Origin: a bacterium
GTDB lineage: Bacteria; Bacteroidota; Rhodothermia; Balneolales; M1805
DNA length: 64,000 nucleotides
NCBI GenBank assembly: GCA_006226965.1
Contig: SBGQ01000068.1
Span: 4,445 to 68,444, forward strand
Direction of reading: 5' to 3'
Under the pieces are notes generated by a model. The model was not told where the DNA came from. It saw nothing but the letters and a program-made list of their open reading frames with translations, and did no database searches. A program made the position numbers and the translations under genes. Below, one piece after another: positions 49,380 through 58,768 of the stretch (within the stretch, counting starts at the first letter, position 1; each line of letters begins with the position of its first letter).

Positions 49380-52358
49380 TTATATCGGAATAGTAATTTT
49401 TAAAACGGTTCCTTCATTCGGTTTTGATTCTATACTTAAAATACCGCCTAAAGCATCTAATCGTTCCTGCATTCCTAAGAAACCTAAGCCGTCAGTTTTA
49501 AAATTCATTTTGTTAAAGCCTTTGCCATCATCCCAAATGGTTGCTTTAATCTCATTTTCTGTTTTGGATATCATAACCGAGGCTTCTGTTGCATCAGAAT
49601 GTTTTTGAATATTTGTGGTTCCTTCTTGTATGACCCGATAGAAGTGGATTTCTTTATTTTTTGGGATTAGGTTATCAATATCCATTACGTGATAACTCCA
49701 TTCAATAGATGATGACTGTTGTAATTGATCACATAAATAATTGAGTGCTTCTGTTAATCCAAACTTTTCTAAATGTACAGGCCGTAAACCGTGCGAAATA
49801 TTCCGAACATCACTTATAGAACTTACAGCACTTTGAAGTATTTCATCTAGCTGCTTATTAATTTCATCTGAGTTGGATTCTTCCATTTGGGCAATTTCTG
49901 CACGATTTTTTATAATCATAATCTGCTGACCTAAGCCATCATGTAACTCAGCAGCTATTCGTCGGCGTTCTTGTTCTTGAGATTCAAACAAACGTTCGGT
50001 AAAGTTTCGCTGTAGTTCATTTTCGTGTACAAGTTTTGTTACTCTTCGGTAAAAGGTATAAGTCACTACGAAAATAAAGAGGGTTGATATGAGTGTGTAA
50101 AACCAAGTGGTATCCCAAAAAGGCGGAATCACAGAAAGATTAAATGAGGCATACTGTGTATTCCAAACACCGTCATTATTACTCGCTGTTACATTAAATA
50201 CATAATTTCCGGGAGGTATTTTTGTATACAGGGCAGACCTGCGAGTACCTACATCAAACCATTTATCACTTAGCCCTTTTAATTGATATCTGAACTGAAT
50301 TTTATTGGGTTCAGTGTAGTTTAAAGCCGTGTATTGGATTTCAATATAGGCATTATCATACGAAAGACTAATGGGTTTATTTAATGGTAAATCAGTTGTT
50401 CCCGATCTAAGCTTTTCTATGAACACTTTGGGAGGATTTTCACTAACGATTTTATTATTGGTATTTACCACCGCTACTCCGGCAATAGTCGGGAAGTAGA
50501 TTTTTCCGTTATTATCTTTTATGATATTAGGGGTGAAGCCACCATTCGTTTCTGCTGAAATCATTCCGTCAGGAATTCCATATGAATAGGAATTTATTTT
50601 ATCAATTTTGCCGTCACAAAAATAATGTAATTGAGTTTCGTTAACACGGAATATTCCTCTGTTTGTGCCCATCCAAAAGAAGCCAAAATCATCTTCTACA
50701 ATATGAGAAACAATGTTGTCAAATAAGCCGTCTTCAATGGTTACTTGTACATAGGTTCCGTCTTTATTGATTCGGAATATCCCGTCACCATAGGTTGTAA
50801 CCCAAATGTAGCCGTCATCTTCTAATATATCACGAACGTATGGCCGTGTCTTAGTCGTGTCTAATTTTGATTTTAATTCAATTTGAGTAATACTTTCACC
50901 ATCCATCACATTTAAACCGGAAGAAGTCCCAAGCCATATTCTTCCGTCGTTTGTTTGTTTAATAACACGGGTATCATGGTAACTCATACCTTGCTCGGTA
51001 GAATAATGCGTAAAAGTTTTTCCGTCATATTTATAAACACCATTGTAACATCCGATCCAAATATTGCCTTGTTTATCTTCGGAAATCGTATAAATATCTT
51101 GTCCTGTAAAATCACTACTGATATCAAATCTAACCCCAGGCTTGGTTAAATCTTTTGTCATATATAATAATCGTGAGCCTATCCAGATTCGGTCTTTAGA
51201 ATCTTGAAATACTGACCACACGCACAAATTGGGTAAGTAATCATTAATTGCTGAATGTACTGCTTGATGACCATCCCATTCATATAATCCACCACAATTT
51301 GTTGCAAACAAGAACCTGCCATCCTTTAATGTGGTTAAGGATAACATTTTATCGTTCCAAATACCTTTATTGGTACTTAATGTGGTTATGATGGATGGCC
51401 TTAAGCGATACAGCCCATTACTACTCGTTCCTATCCAATAATTGCCTTGACTGTCTTGCATCAAGTCTGTTATCTGTAAGTCTTTATTCGTAGATATTTC
51501 GGTGAATATGTTAAAAGAAGAGCCATTCCAACGACTAAGACCATTATAGCTAGCAACCCAGAGCTGATCTTGATTATCTGTATAAAATTCCCACGTATAA
51601 CGAGAAGGCAATCCATCTTTAGTGCCAAACTTGTCTATTTGGTTGTTTTGATATCTAATTACGCCATCACCTGAACTTGCAATAAAAAGTGTTCCGGAGC
51701 CCTTTGGATATTCTATGACATCATCCAAATAATCTGTCAGCATATAACTTAGGTTTAAAGTTAATGCTACAGAATCACCCCAAGTACGTAAAATTCTCAA
51801 ATCCTGATTAACCCAAAGTCCGTCTTTATTATTAATGGCTTTTTCTTTGGAAACACTATCCGTTAATACTTTAGCCGGATAAAATGTTGAGTCTTTATAA
51901 TAAAATGCCGTTCCATTTAAGGTAATCCAAAGTCTGTTTCGGGAATCCTCAGCAATAAATGAAGGGGAGTAACTAACTCCATTTATTTTAAAATCAAACT
52001 CTTTGCATTCTCCGTCTTTAAATCGTAAAAACCCATTTTCAGAGGATAACCATATGTATCCACTCTTATCCTCATACATATCATTTATCCTATCCGAACG
52101 CATGCCTTTTGTATTGGTTCGGTCAAATGTTGTGAAAGAAACGCCATCAAAACGAACTAAACCTCCAAATGTAGCTAACCAAATATAGCCGTCTTTGGTT
52201 TGGATAATGTCGTTAATAGAACTTTGAGGAAGTCCATTAGCCATGTTCCAGTTGGTAATAACAAAATGTTGATTATCAGGACTAGAGTCTTGGGGTATGA
52301 TTAAACTCGAATACCCAAATAAAATACCCAATGCAATAGCTAAGGCCATTAGAGACAA
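49380..52358 (-). CDS. Sensor histidine kinase with a periplasmic two-component-regulator beta-propeller/Y_Y_Y domain and a HisKA_3-type kinase core
   Basis: 992 aa. Repeated propeller motifs (DGYIWLATFGGLVRFDG, GNYWIGTSSNGLYRL, GNIWIGCYNGVYKYDG...). One TM helix follows the Y_Y_Y region. H-box: RRIAAELHDGLGQQ. ATPase G-box: GLGFLGMQER. The gap to the NarL regulator is 2 bp. Confidence 0.85.
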   Translation of the reverse strand: MSLMALAIALGILFGYSSLIIPQDSSPDNQHFVITNWNMANGLPQSSINDIIQTKDGYIWLATFGGLVRFDGVSFTTFDRTNTKGMRSDRINDMYEDKSGYIWLSSENGFLRFKDGECKEFDFKINGVSYSPSFIAEDSRNRLWITLNGTAFYYKDSTFYPAKVLTDSVSKEKAINNKDGLWVNQDLRILRTWGDSVALTLNLSYMLTDYLDDVIEYPKGSGTLFIASSGDGVIRYQNNQIDKFGTKDGLPSRYTWEFYTDNQDQLWVASYNGLSRWNGSSFNIFTEISTNKDLQITDLMQDSQGNYWIGTSSNGLYRLRPSIITTLSTNKGIWNDKMLSLTTLKDGRFLFATNCGGLYEWDGHQAVHSAINDYLPNLCVWSVFQDSKDRIWIGSRLLYMTKDLTKPGVRFDISSDFTGQDIYTISEDKQGNIWIGCYNGVYKYDGKTFTHYSTEQGMSYHDTRVIKQTNDGRIWLGTSSGLNVMDGESITQIELKSKLDTTKTRPYVRDILEDDGYIWVTTYGDGIFRINKDGTYVQVTIEDGLFDNIVSHIVEDDFGFFWMGTNRGIFRVNETQLHYFCDGKIDKINSYSYGIPDGMISAETNGGFTPNIIKDNNGKIYFPTIAGVAVVNTNNKIVSENPPKVFIEKLRSGTTDLPLNKPISLSYDNAYIEIQYTALNYTEPNKIQFRYQLKGLSDKWFDVGTRRSALYTKIPPGNYVFNVTASNNDGVWNTQYASFNLSVIPPFWDTTWFYTLISTLFIFVVTYTFYRRVTKLVHENELQRNFTERLFESQEQERRRIAAELHDGLGQQIMIIKNRAEIAQMEESNSDEINKQLDEILQSAVSSISDVRNISHGLRPVHLEKFGLTEALNYLCDQLQQSSSIEWSYHVMDIDNLIPKNKEIHFYRVIQEGTTNIQKHSDATEASVMISKTENEIKATIWDDGKGFNKMNFKTDGLGFLGMQERLDALGGILSIESKPNEGTVLKITIPI

Positions 52359-52452
52359 TTAGTTTGTTTTTGTGATAATACTTAATTGACCAGAAAGTTT
52401 AAATGGAAAAGACGTTTACAAACTAAAGTTCCCGCCGATTTTCGTTCTATCG

Positions 52453-52484
52453 CAAAAAAAAAGCCTTCAAAAATGAAGGCTTTT
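52453..52484 (-). terminator. Rho-independent terminator after tRNA-Leu
   Basis: GCCTTCA-aaaa-TGAAGGC. On the minus strand it is followed by a run of 9 T. Confidence 0.7.
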
Positions 52485-52494
52485 AACTTACCGG

Positions 52495-52576
52495 TACCGG
52501 TGATCGGACTCGAACCGATACATCTTGCGATACACGATTTTGAGTCGTGCGCGTCTACCAATTCCGCCACACCGGC
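52495..52576 (-). tRNA. tRNA-Leu (anticodon CAA), class II with a long variable arm
   Basis: The minus strand reads GCCGGTG-TG-GCGGAATTGGTAGACGCG-CACGA-CTCAAAA-TCGTG-TATCGCAAGATGTA-TCGGTTCGAGTCCGA-TCACCGGT-A. It has a 7-bp acceptor stem (G1:U72 wobble), the anticodon loop CU-CAA-AA and the T-loop TTCGAGT. CCA is not fully encoded. Confidence 0.9.
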
Positions 52577-52719
52577 AAGTGGGCAGCAAATATACACTAT
52601 TAAGGGAACCTATGTAAAGTGTTTTTTGTATAAAATCTCAATTAAAATTTTATAGTATAACTTGCAAAACGGCAAGTATTCGTTTAAAATCTGATTAACC
52701 CTAAATTAAAGGAAACAAT

Positions 52720-53244
52720 ATGAATCTATCTTATTTCAAGAAGCCTGTTTTAGCACTTGTAATCACATCTATGGGGCTCGTAGCTACAAATTGTTATGGA
52801 CCGTTTCGTTTAACTAAGAAATTATATGACTGGAATGGAACAGTCGGAGATAAATATATTAATGCTATTCTCTTCGTTGCTTTAAACATTGTACCCGTTT
52901 ACCAAATTGTTATTGCTGTAGATGCTATAGCTTTGAATTCGATTGAATTCTGGACAGGTTCCAACCCAATGGCTATGAAGGATGGCGAATCCGAATCAAA
53001 AATGCTAACTGAAAACGGTAAAACCTATCAGATTACTGCTAAGAAAAATACTTTTGAAATAGAAACTATTACAGGCGAAAACGCAGGCTCAAAAACTACA
53101 CTGAACTTCAATCCTGAAACAACAACTTGGTCAATGTCAAATGGATCAACTTCAATAGACCTTGCGCGTTTAGTTACTAATGGAGACCAAGTAATGGTTG
53201 AAAAATACTTACCGACAGGTACAGAATTAGAAGTATTAGACTAA
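52720..53244 (+). CDS. DUF3332-like small lipoprotein
   Basis: 174 aa. Lipobox-like VATNC|YG, then GPFRLTKKLYDWNGTV and a hydrophobic helix, as I recall for DUF3332. This family call is from memory only. Confidence 0.5.
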   Translation: MNLSYFKKPVLALVITSMGLVATNCYGPFRLTKKLYDWNGTVGDKYINAILFVALNIVPVYQIVIAVDAIALNSIEFWTGSNPMAMKDGESESKMLTENGKTYQITAKKNTFEIETITGENAGSKTTLNFNPETTTWSMSNGSTSIDLARLVTNGDQVMVEKYLPTGTELEVLD

Positions 53245-53271
53245 TTTATTTTCGACAACTTTTTTCAATTT

Positions 53272-53302
53272 AGGCTGATATGTGTTCATATCAGCCTTTT
53301 TT
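53272..53302. terminator. Bidirectional Rho-independent terminator between convergent genes
   Basis: AGGCTGATATG-tgtt-CATATCAGCCT followed by TTTTTT. It abuts the MFS stop codon. Confidence 0.7.
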
Positions 53303-54491
53303 ATGCTGAAACTTTGGGTTCCGGTAAAAATCTCCAAACCAAAAAAGCCATGATGAGTATGGTTGTCCCACCAATAATTGAGTTCATTGCAAAACCGCCG
53401 TGTAGATAAATCGGTCCGGCAATAGCACCGCCAAGTCCAAACCCAACCTGACCAATACCTATCATTAAACTCATTAATGCTCCGCGTTGTTTTGAGTCGA
53501 CTAATGCTGTTAATAATGCTTGAAACGGGCTTATTCTCATGGCAACCAAGACCATAATTAGAAAGAAAACCGGGTAGGCAATTGTGAATGTAGTAATTAA
53601 TAAGGTCGATGAATAAATAATCGCTGAAAAGCCTAGACAGGATGTAATAATCATTCGTTTTCTGCCAACAGTATCAGATAATCTGCCAACAACTGGCCCC
53701 GTAATAACATTTGCGATTCCACCTACCAAAAACAGACTTGCAATTTGATTACCGCTTACGGAAAATGTTTTTTCTAGCCATGTCGGAAGAAAAACAATAA
53801 AAACAGAAACACTCAAAAACATAGTTAAATAGGAGAGTGAAGCCGCTGCTACAATGGGCTGCTTTACCATCTGTATGTATTTCTTGATTGCCGTAATAAC
53901 AGTTAAATCATTTTTATCTAATTCAACATTTGGTTGAGGAACAAAACGTAAAATCAAGAAGAACGCTCCAATCATTCCGACAGAGAATATTAAAAACGGT
54001 GAGCGAAATCCGAACTCATTAGCAAGTACTGTTCCTAAGGGGATGCCGATAATTTGTCCCATGGCAATACCGCTCATAATCCACCCGTTTGCCCACCCTC
54101 TGCGTTCATAGGGAAAATAATCGCCAACATAGCTAACCGCAGCGCCACTTAGAATACCGCCGGCCATACCTGCTAATGAGCGAACTAATAAAAGAGACAA
54201 ATAGTTAACCGCCAACCCATGACATGCTAGAGCTACGGCCATTCCACCGGCTCCATACAGTAAAATTTTTCGTCTGCCGATTTTATCTGAAATTGGTCCT
54301 GTAACTAAGGCCATGATACCAACTAATACCGCATATGCCGTAACTAGTGTACCTTGTAATGTTTCATTTATTCCTAATTGTTCACCAATTCTTGGCAGGA
54401 TAGGAGAGATTATCATAATTTGGCTACTTGATGCAAATACCAAAAGCCAAAGAGCAAATAAGATGAAGCGGTCTTGTGTCGATTTTTCCAT
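53301..54491 (-). CDS. MFS transporter
   Basis: 396 aa with 12 TM helices. The MFS signature between TM2 and TM3 is GPISDKIGRRKIL, and it is duplicated in the second half as GRLSDTVGRKRM. Confidence 0.85.
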   Translation of the reverse strand: MEKSTQDRFILFALWLLVFASSSQIMIISPILPRIGEQLGINETLQGTLVTAYAVLVGIMALVTGPISDKIGRRKILLYGAGGMAVALACHGLAVNYLSLLLVRSLAGMAGGILSGAAVSYVGDYFPYERRGWANGWIMSGIAMGQIIGIPLGTVLANEFGFRSPFLIFSVGMIGAFFLILRFVPQPNVELDKNDLTVITAIKKYIQMVKQPIVAAASLSYLTMFLSVSVFIVFLPTWLEKTFSVSGNQIASLFLVGGIANVITGPVVGRLSDTVGRKRMIITSCLGFSAIIYSSTLLITTFTIAYPVFFLIMVLVAMRISPFQALLTALVDSKQRGALMSLMIGIGQVGFGLGGAIAGPIYLHGGFAMNSIIGGTTILIMAFLVWRFLPEPKVSA

Positions 54492-54496
54492 TAAAA

Positions 54497-56650
54497 TTAA
54501 TTAGTCACCTTTATGGCAATTAATGTGATATCGTCGTGCTGGTATTCAGTGCCTCGCCACTTTTCGGCTTCATTCAATAATAAATTGATGATTCCTTGCG
54601 GCGTAAGTTGTTTGTTTTTAGCAACTAGACTTTCAATTTTTTCCTGACCAAACATCTCGTGTCTTTCATTAAAAAGCTCAGTTAAGCCATCACTGACAAA
54701 TAAAATTACATCGTTTTTTTGTAGTGGATGTTTTAAAATCTGATAAGGAAATTTTCTTACTGCACCCAAAGGCATTCCTTTAATTGTCAAGCGTTGAACC
54801 TGTTCTGAACCAGCTTTGAACACCATAGCAGGAGGCATTCCGGCAGCAGATAACGACAACTCATGCTGTTTAATACGTGCAATAGTTAAAGACATAAATA
54901 TTTTTTTGAAGTTCATTTCTTTAATGACATTCGTCATTGAATGAAACAAGTCAACTATATCGTTATCTTTGTTGATAATAAAATTCCTGAATAATGCCTT
55001 TACTGTTGCAACCATTGTACCTGCACTTAAACCGTGTCCGGTTGCGTCTCCGATTGCAATAGAAATCGAGTCATTATCACAGGTAATAAAATCGTAAAAG
55101 TCGCCGCCAACCTCTGTAGCTGTACTCATATGAGCTGCAAATTCCAAATAGGGATGTTGAGGTAACTTCTTGGGTAACATCGATAACTGAAGATTACGAG
55201 CTTCCTCCAATTCTTGAGTTTTTCTGGCATTTTCGTCGGCAATGGCTTTAGATTGTAGCTCAGCTACCTTAGCTCGATATTCAGCTTCTTGAAAGAGTGA
55301 TTTTTGTTTTTCAGATTCGATTCTAAGTTCTAATTCACGCTTTGCCTGTTTCAGGTTTTGATCACTCAGCATATTTATTCTTGCTAACCGATACTCGAGA
55401 ATTTCATTGTTTTTGGCTAAGTCTCTGGCTTGAAATACAGACATACTCACCATTACCGGAATTACGGAAAAGTAGGAACTGAACGATAAGTTCAATTTCG
55501 ATTCAATTAAACCAAATTCAATTACGCTATTGTAGATTATCATTAAAAGCGTAACAGCTACACCAACCGAAATGATCCAAGTTGATGAAGAGTTTTTGGC
55601 TTTTGAATTGTTAAAGAACAGTACTCGTATAATTTCGATATAAACTAAATAGGTAAAAAATGTAAAGATGAGAGAATTAGTGACTTGTGCCACAAACATA
55701 TATGAAATATAAAGAAGTGCTAAGCCTAAAATAATCCAAAAAGGGTAACCGAGTTTTCTATTAAATAATGAATAACAGAGTTTTAAGAATAGGACATGAA
55801 ATAATACAATGAAAAAGACCTCTACCTGGCGATACAAAACCAAATTATCTGAATTTATTGTAAATAATCTGTTTGATGCGAAGAATATGCTCAAACTCAT
55901 TGCACCGACAGCCAAAGCATACCACAAATTCGTTCGTTCTTTGGGGTAAAATAGGAACATCAAAAAATGAAGAAGAAAAAAAGCGCCTGTAAATGTTATT
56001 AATATCGTTGAGTGTGTTCTTGTGCTTAATAAATTATTTCTGTCTTCGGCTAAAAGACGTTCAAATTCAGCAATAATTAAAGAAAAACCGCCGTAGTTAG
56101 AATTGTTGATATAGCTGTCAACTTTATGATTTGAAACTCTAATTGCAAGTTGATGAACTTTACCAATATGCAGAGGAGAGATGAAGAAATTTAGGTTTCT
56201 GATTAAACGCTCTTTTTCTTCAATCGAACTTACTTTCCCTAATTGTTTCCACAAACGCCCGTCAATATAAATTTCAGTTGCACCTCTTTGGTATAAGGTT
56301 AATGCAAGATTATAATCTGCTAAGGTTGAATCAATTAATATCTTTTTTCTGAACCAACCTATGCCTTGCCAACCCGCTTTCTTTATTGAATCTACATTCA
56401 TCTCGCTGATGACAGACGAATATTCATCCCAATGTGAGTCATCATAATCTACACTTGCCCATTTTAAGGAATCGCCGGGTTGAAACTTCCATCCGTAACT
56501 AATTTGGATAGGATTGGGCTGCGAACGAACTAAATCTGTTAAATCTACAACATCAACAGCATTATTTTGTGCTGTACTGGTTGATTTAAAGCCCAACATT
56601 AAGCTCCAAACCAGTAGGATAAGAAGATGTTTACCAAGATTAACTGACAT
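54497..56650 (-). CDS. 7TM-DISM receptor fused to a PP2C/SpoIIE-type serine phosphatase
   Basis: 717 aa. It has a signal peptide, an extracellular 7TMR-DISMED2-like domain, seven TM helices, a coiled-coil linker and a PP2C core (GGDFYDF, IAIGDATGHGLSAG, SDGLTE, QHDDITLIAIKV). Confidence 0.8.
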   Translation of the reverse strand: MSVNLGKHLLILLVWSLMLGFKSTSTAQNNAVDVVDLTDLVRSQPNPIQISYGWKFQPGDSLKWASVDYDDSHWDEYSSVISEMNVDSIKKAGWQGIGWFRKKILIDSTLADYNLALTLYQRGATEIYIDGRLWKQLGKVSSIEEKERLIRNLNFFISPLHIGKVHQLAIRVSNHKVDSYINNSNYGGFSLIIAEFERLLAEDRNNLLSTRTHSTILITFTGAFFLLHFLMFLFYPKERTNLWYALAVGAMSLSIFFASNRLFTINSDNLVLYRQVEVFFIVLFHVLFLKLCYSLFNRKLGYPFWIILGLALLYISYMFVAQVTNSLIFTFFTYLVYIEIIRVLFFNNSKAKNSSSTWIISVGVAVTLLMIIYNSVIEFGLIESKLNLSFSSYFSVIPVMVSMSVFQARDLAKNNEILEYRLARINMLSDQNLKQAKRELELRIESEKQKSLFQEAEYRAKVAELQSKAIADENARKTQELEEARNLQLSMLPKKLPQHPYLEFAAHMSTATEVGGDFYDFITCDNDSISIAIGDATGHGLSAGTMVATVKALFRNFIINKDNDIVDLFHSMTNVIKEMNFKKIFMSLTIARIKQHELSLSAAGMPPAMVFKAGSEQVQRLTIKGMPLGAVRKFPYQILKHPLQKNDVILFVSDGLTELFNERHEMFGQEKIESLVAKNKQLTPQGIINLLLNEAEKWRGTEYQHDDITLIAIKVTN

Positions 56651-56794
56651 GAGCCCTAGTAAGTTTATTATCTGATAAAGTTACAAATGTTCAGTATTAC
56701 AAACTTGGTTTAACATAATTTATCCATGGAACCTTTGTTATCATATAAACAGAGTGGTTAATTTATCTCTTTCACTGATTTTGTATTTTCTAGG

Positions 56795-57412
56795 ATGTTA
56801 AAAAAATATTTTATCACAGGTACAGATACGGGTGTCGGGAAAACCCATATTTCTGCAGTGCTTACTTTGGGTTTAGGGGCAACATATTGGAAACCCGTTC
56901 AAAGTGGAAGTTTAGACGAAACGGATACAAAACTGGTTCAAAAATTAACAGGTTTACCGGATTCAAAGTTTTTAAATGAACGGTACAAATTACGTGAACC
57001 ACGTTCTCCACATGAAGCCGCTGAAGCAGAAGGTATTCAAATTTCACAATCTGACTTCATCTTGCCTAAAATTGATGACCATTTAATTGTAGAGGGTGCA
57101 GGCGGAGTCTTTGTCCCTATTAATTGGCATTTTCAAATGATTGATTTAATGCAACTGTTTTCACTCCCGGTAATTATTGTAACTAAAACTCAGCTAGGGA
57201 CACTAAATCATACACAATTAACAGTAAAAGCACTTCAAGCCAGAAATATCCCGATAGCCGGATTTATTATGACTGGTGAATATGATCATGAAAATGAAAA
57301 ATCGCTAAATAAACTATTGGAGATTCCTTATATGGGATTTGTACCGTTTCGTGATAAATGGGATGAATCCTCTCTTAAAGAAGCATTTAATCAATTAAAA
57401 GGCATCGTTTAA
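56795..57412 (+). CDS. bioD: Dethiobiotin synthase
   Basis: 205 aa. P-loop: ITGTDTGVGKT. Also EGAGG. The stop abuts the bioA ATG. Confidence 0.9.
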   Translation: MLKKYFITGTDTGVGKTHISAVLTLGLGATYWKPVQSGSLDETDTKLVQKLTGLPDSKFLNERYKLREPRSPHEAAEAEGIQISQSDFILPKIDDHLIVEGAGGVFVPINWHFQMIDLMQLFSLPVIIVTKTQLGTLNHTQLTVKALQARNIPIAGFIMTGEYDHENEKSLNKLLEIPYMGFVPFRDKWDESSLKEAFNQLKGIV

Positions 57413-58696
57413 ATGAAAAATGATTTGCCAATTTGGTATCCTTTTACACCAATTAAACAGGCACCGTTACCTATAAAAATTGAAAAAGGTAAGGGAGCAT
57501 TTCTATATGATACGAATGGTAAAGCCTATTTAGATGCGATTTCATCTTGGTGGGTAAATACTTGGGGGCATACCAATCCGGAAATAACTAGGGCAATAAA
57601 AGACCAACTTGATAAACTAGAACATGTGATTTTTGCAGGTTTTACACATGAACCTGCAGAAGTGCTTGCAACATCTTTATTAGATATTTCTGAGCATAAA
57701 TTTTCAAAAGTTTTCTTTTCGGATAATGGTTCAACTGCTGTTGAAGTTGCGTTGAAAATGGCTGTTCAATGGCATTATAATCAAGGTAAGCCAAAGAATA
57801 AAATAATAGCATTTGAGGGCGCCTATCATGGTGATACATTTGGGGCAATGTCAGCAGGTGCAAGAGGCGGTTTTAATCAACCTTTTGAATCAATGTTTTT
57901 TGATGTTTTACCTATTCCTTATCCCGCCACTTGGGAAGATGATGATTCAAAATTGTTTAAAGAAAAATCATCTATAGATGCTTTAAAAAAGGTTATCGCT
58001 ACCCATAAAAATGAAATAGCCTGTTTAATTATTGAGCCGTTAATACAGGGCGCTGGCGGCATGAAAATGTGTAGAACAGAATTTCTAAAAGAACTCGAAG
58101 TTGTTTGTAAAGAAAATCAGATTCTGGTTATTTATGATGAAGTGATGACCGGCTTCGGTAGGACAGGAGAACGTTTCGCACACATTAAAGCTTCTACAAA
58201 TCCAGATTTTGTTTGTCTCTCGAAGGGTTTAACCGGTGGTTTTATGCCATTGTCAGTAACATTAACCACAGATAAAATATTCCAAGCCTATTATGATGAT
58301 GATAAAATGAAAACCTTATATCACGGGCATTCATACACAGCAAATCCATTAAGTTGTGCCGCTGCAATTGAGTCTATTAATCAATTACGAATTCATCATA
58401 AAGAATTAATACGAATTCAGGCACTATTTAGTAGTTATTTACCACTCTTAAAAACCGTAAAAAGAATTAAAAACATAAGACTTTGCGGAACAGTCTTAGC
58501 CTTTGATATTCAAACAAATAACAAAGATGGCTATTTTAATGATGCGGGGAAACGTCTAACAGAACATTTGTTAAATAGGGGATTTATCATTCGTCCACTC
58601 GGAAATACTGTTTATTTCATGCCTCCGTATGTTACTTTATCAATAAATCTTAACGAAATGATGGAAGAAGTTTTGATATTCTTGCATAAATCTTGA
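57413..58696 (+). CDS. bioA: Adenosylmethionine-8-amino-7-oxononanoate aminotransferase
   Basis: 427 aa. Class III aminotransferase blocks: SSWWVNTWGH, YHGDTFGAMS, DEVMTGFGRTG and the PLP-lysine context CLSKGLTGG. Confidence 0.9.
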   Translation: MKNDLPIWYPFTPIKQAPLPIKIEKGKGAFLYDTNGKAYLDAISSWWVNTWGHTNPEITRAIKDQLDKLEHVIFAGFTHEPAEVLATSLLDISEHKFSKVFFSDNGSTAVEVALKMAVQWHYNQGKPKNKIIAFEGAYHGDTFGAMSAGARGGFNQPFESMFFDVLPIPYPATWEDDDSKLFKEKSSIDALKKVIATHKNEIACLIIEPLIQGAGGMKMCRTEFLKELEVVCKENQILVIYDEVMTGFGRTGERFAHIKASTNPDFVCLSKGLTGGFMPLSVTLTTDKIFQAYYDDDKMKTLYHGHSYTANPLSCAAAIESINQLRIHHKELIRIQALFSSYLPLLKTVKRIKNIRLCGTVLAFDIQTNNKDGYFNDAGKRLTEHLLNRGFIIRPLGNTVYFMPPYVTLSINLNEMMEEVLIFLHKS

Positions 58697-58768
58697 TTTT
58701 TGATGGAACATTGACCGTGCTATTAGGGTTTCGATAATTAATAATGTTGTGATAAACAAAAGGTGTTT

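Noticed and set aside
52382-52655. ORFs 52382-52597 (minus) and 52386-52655 (plus)
   Set aside because: They are translations across the tRNA-Leu gene and its terminator. The peptide GVAELVDAHDSKSC is the usual artefact of translating a tRNA.
56651-56794. BirA-type operator upstream of bioD
   Set aside because: Only direct TTACAAA repeats (about 56688 and 56706) and an imperfect TTGTTAT-c-ATAAACA are present. No convincing inverted repeat with the expected spacing was found.
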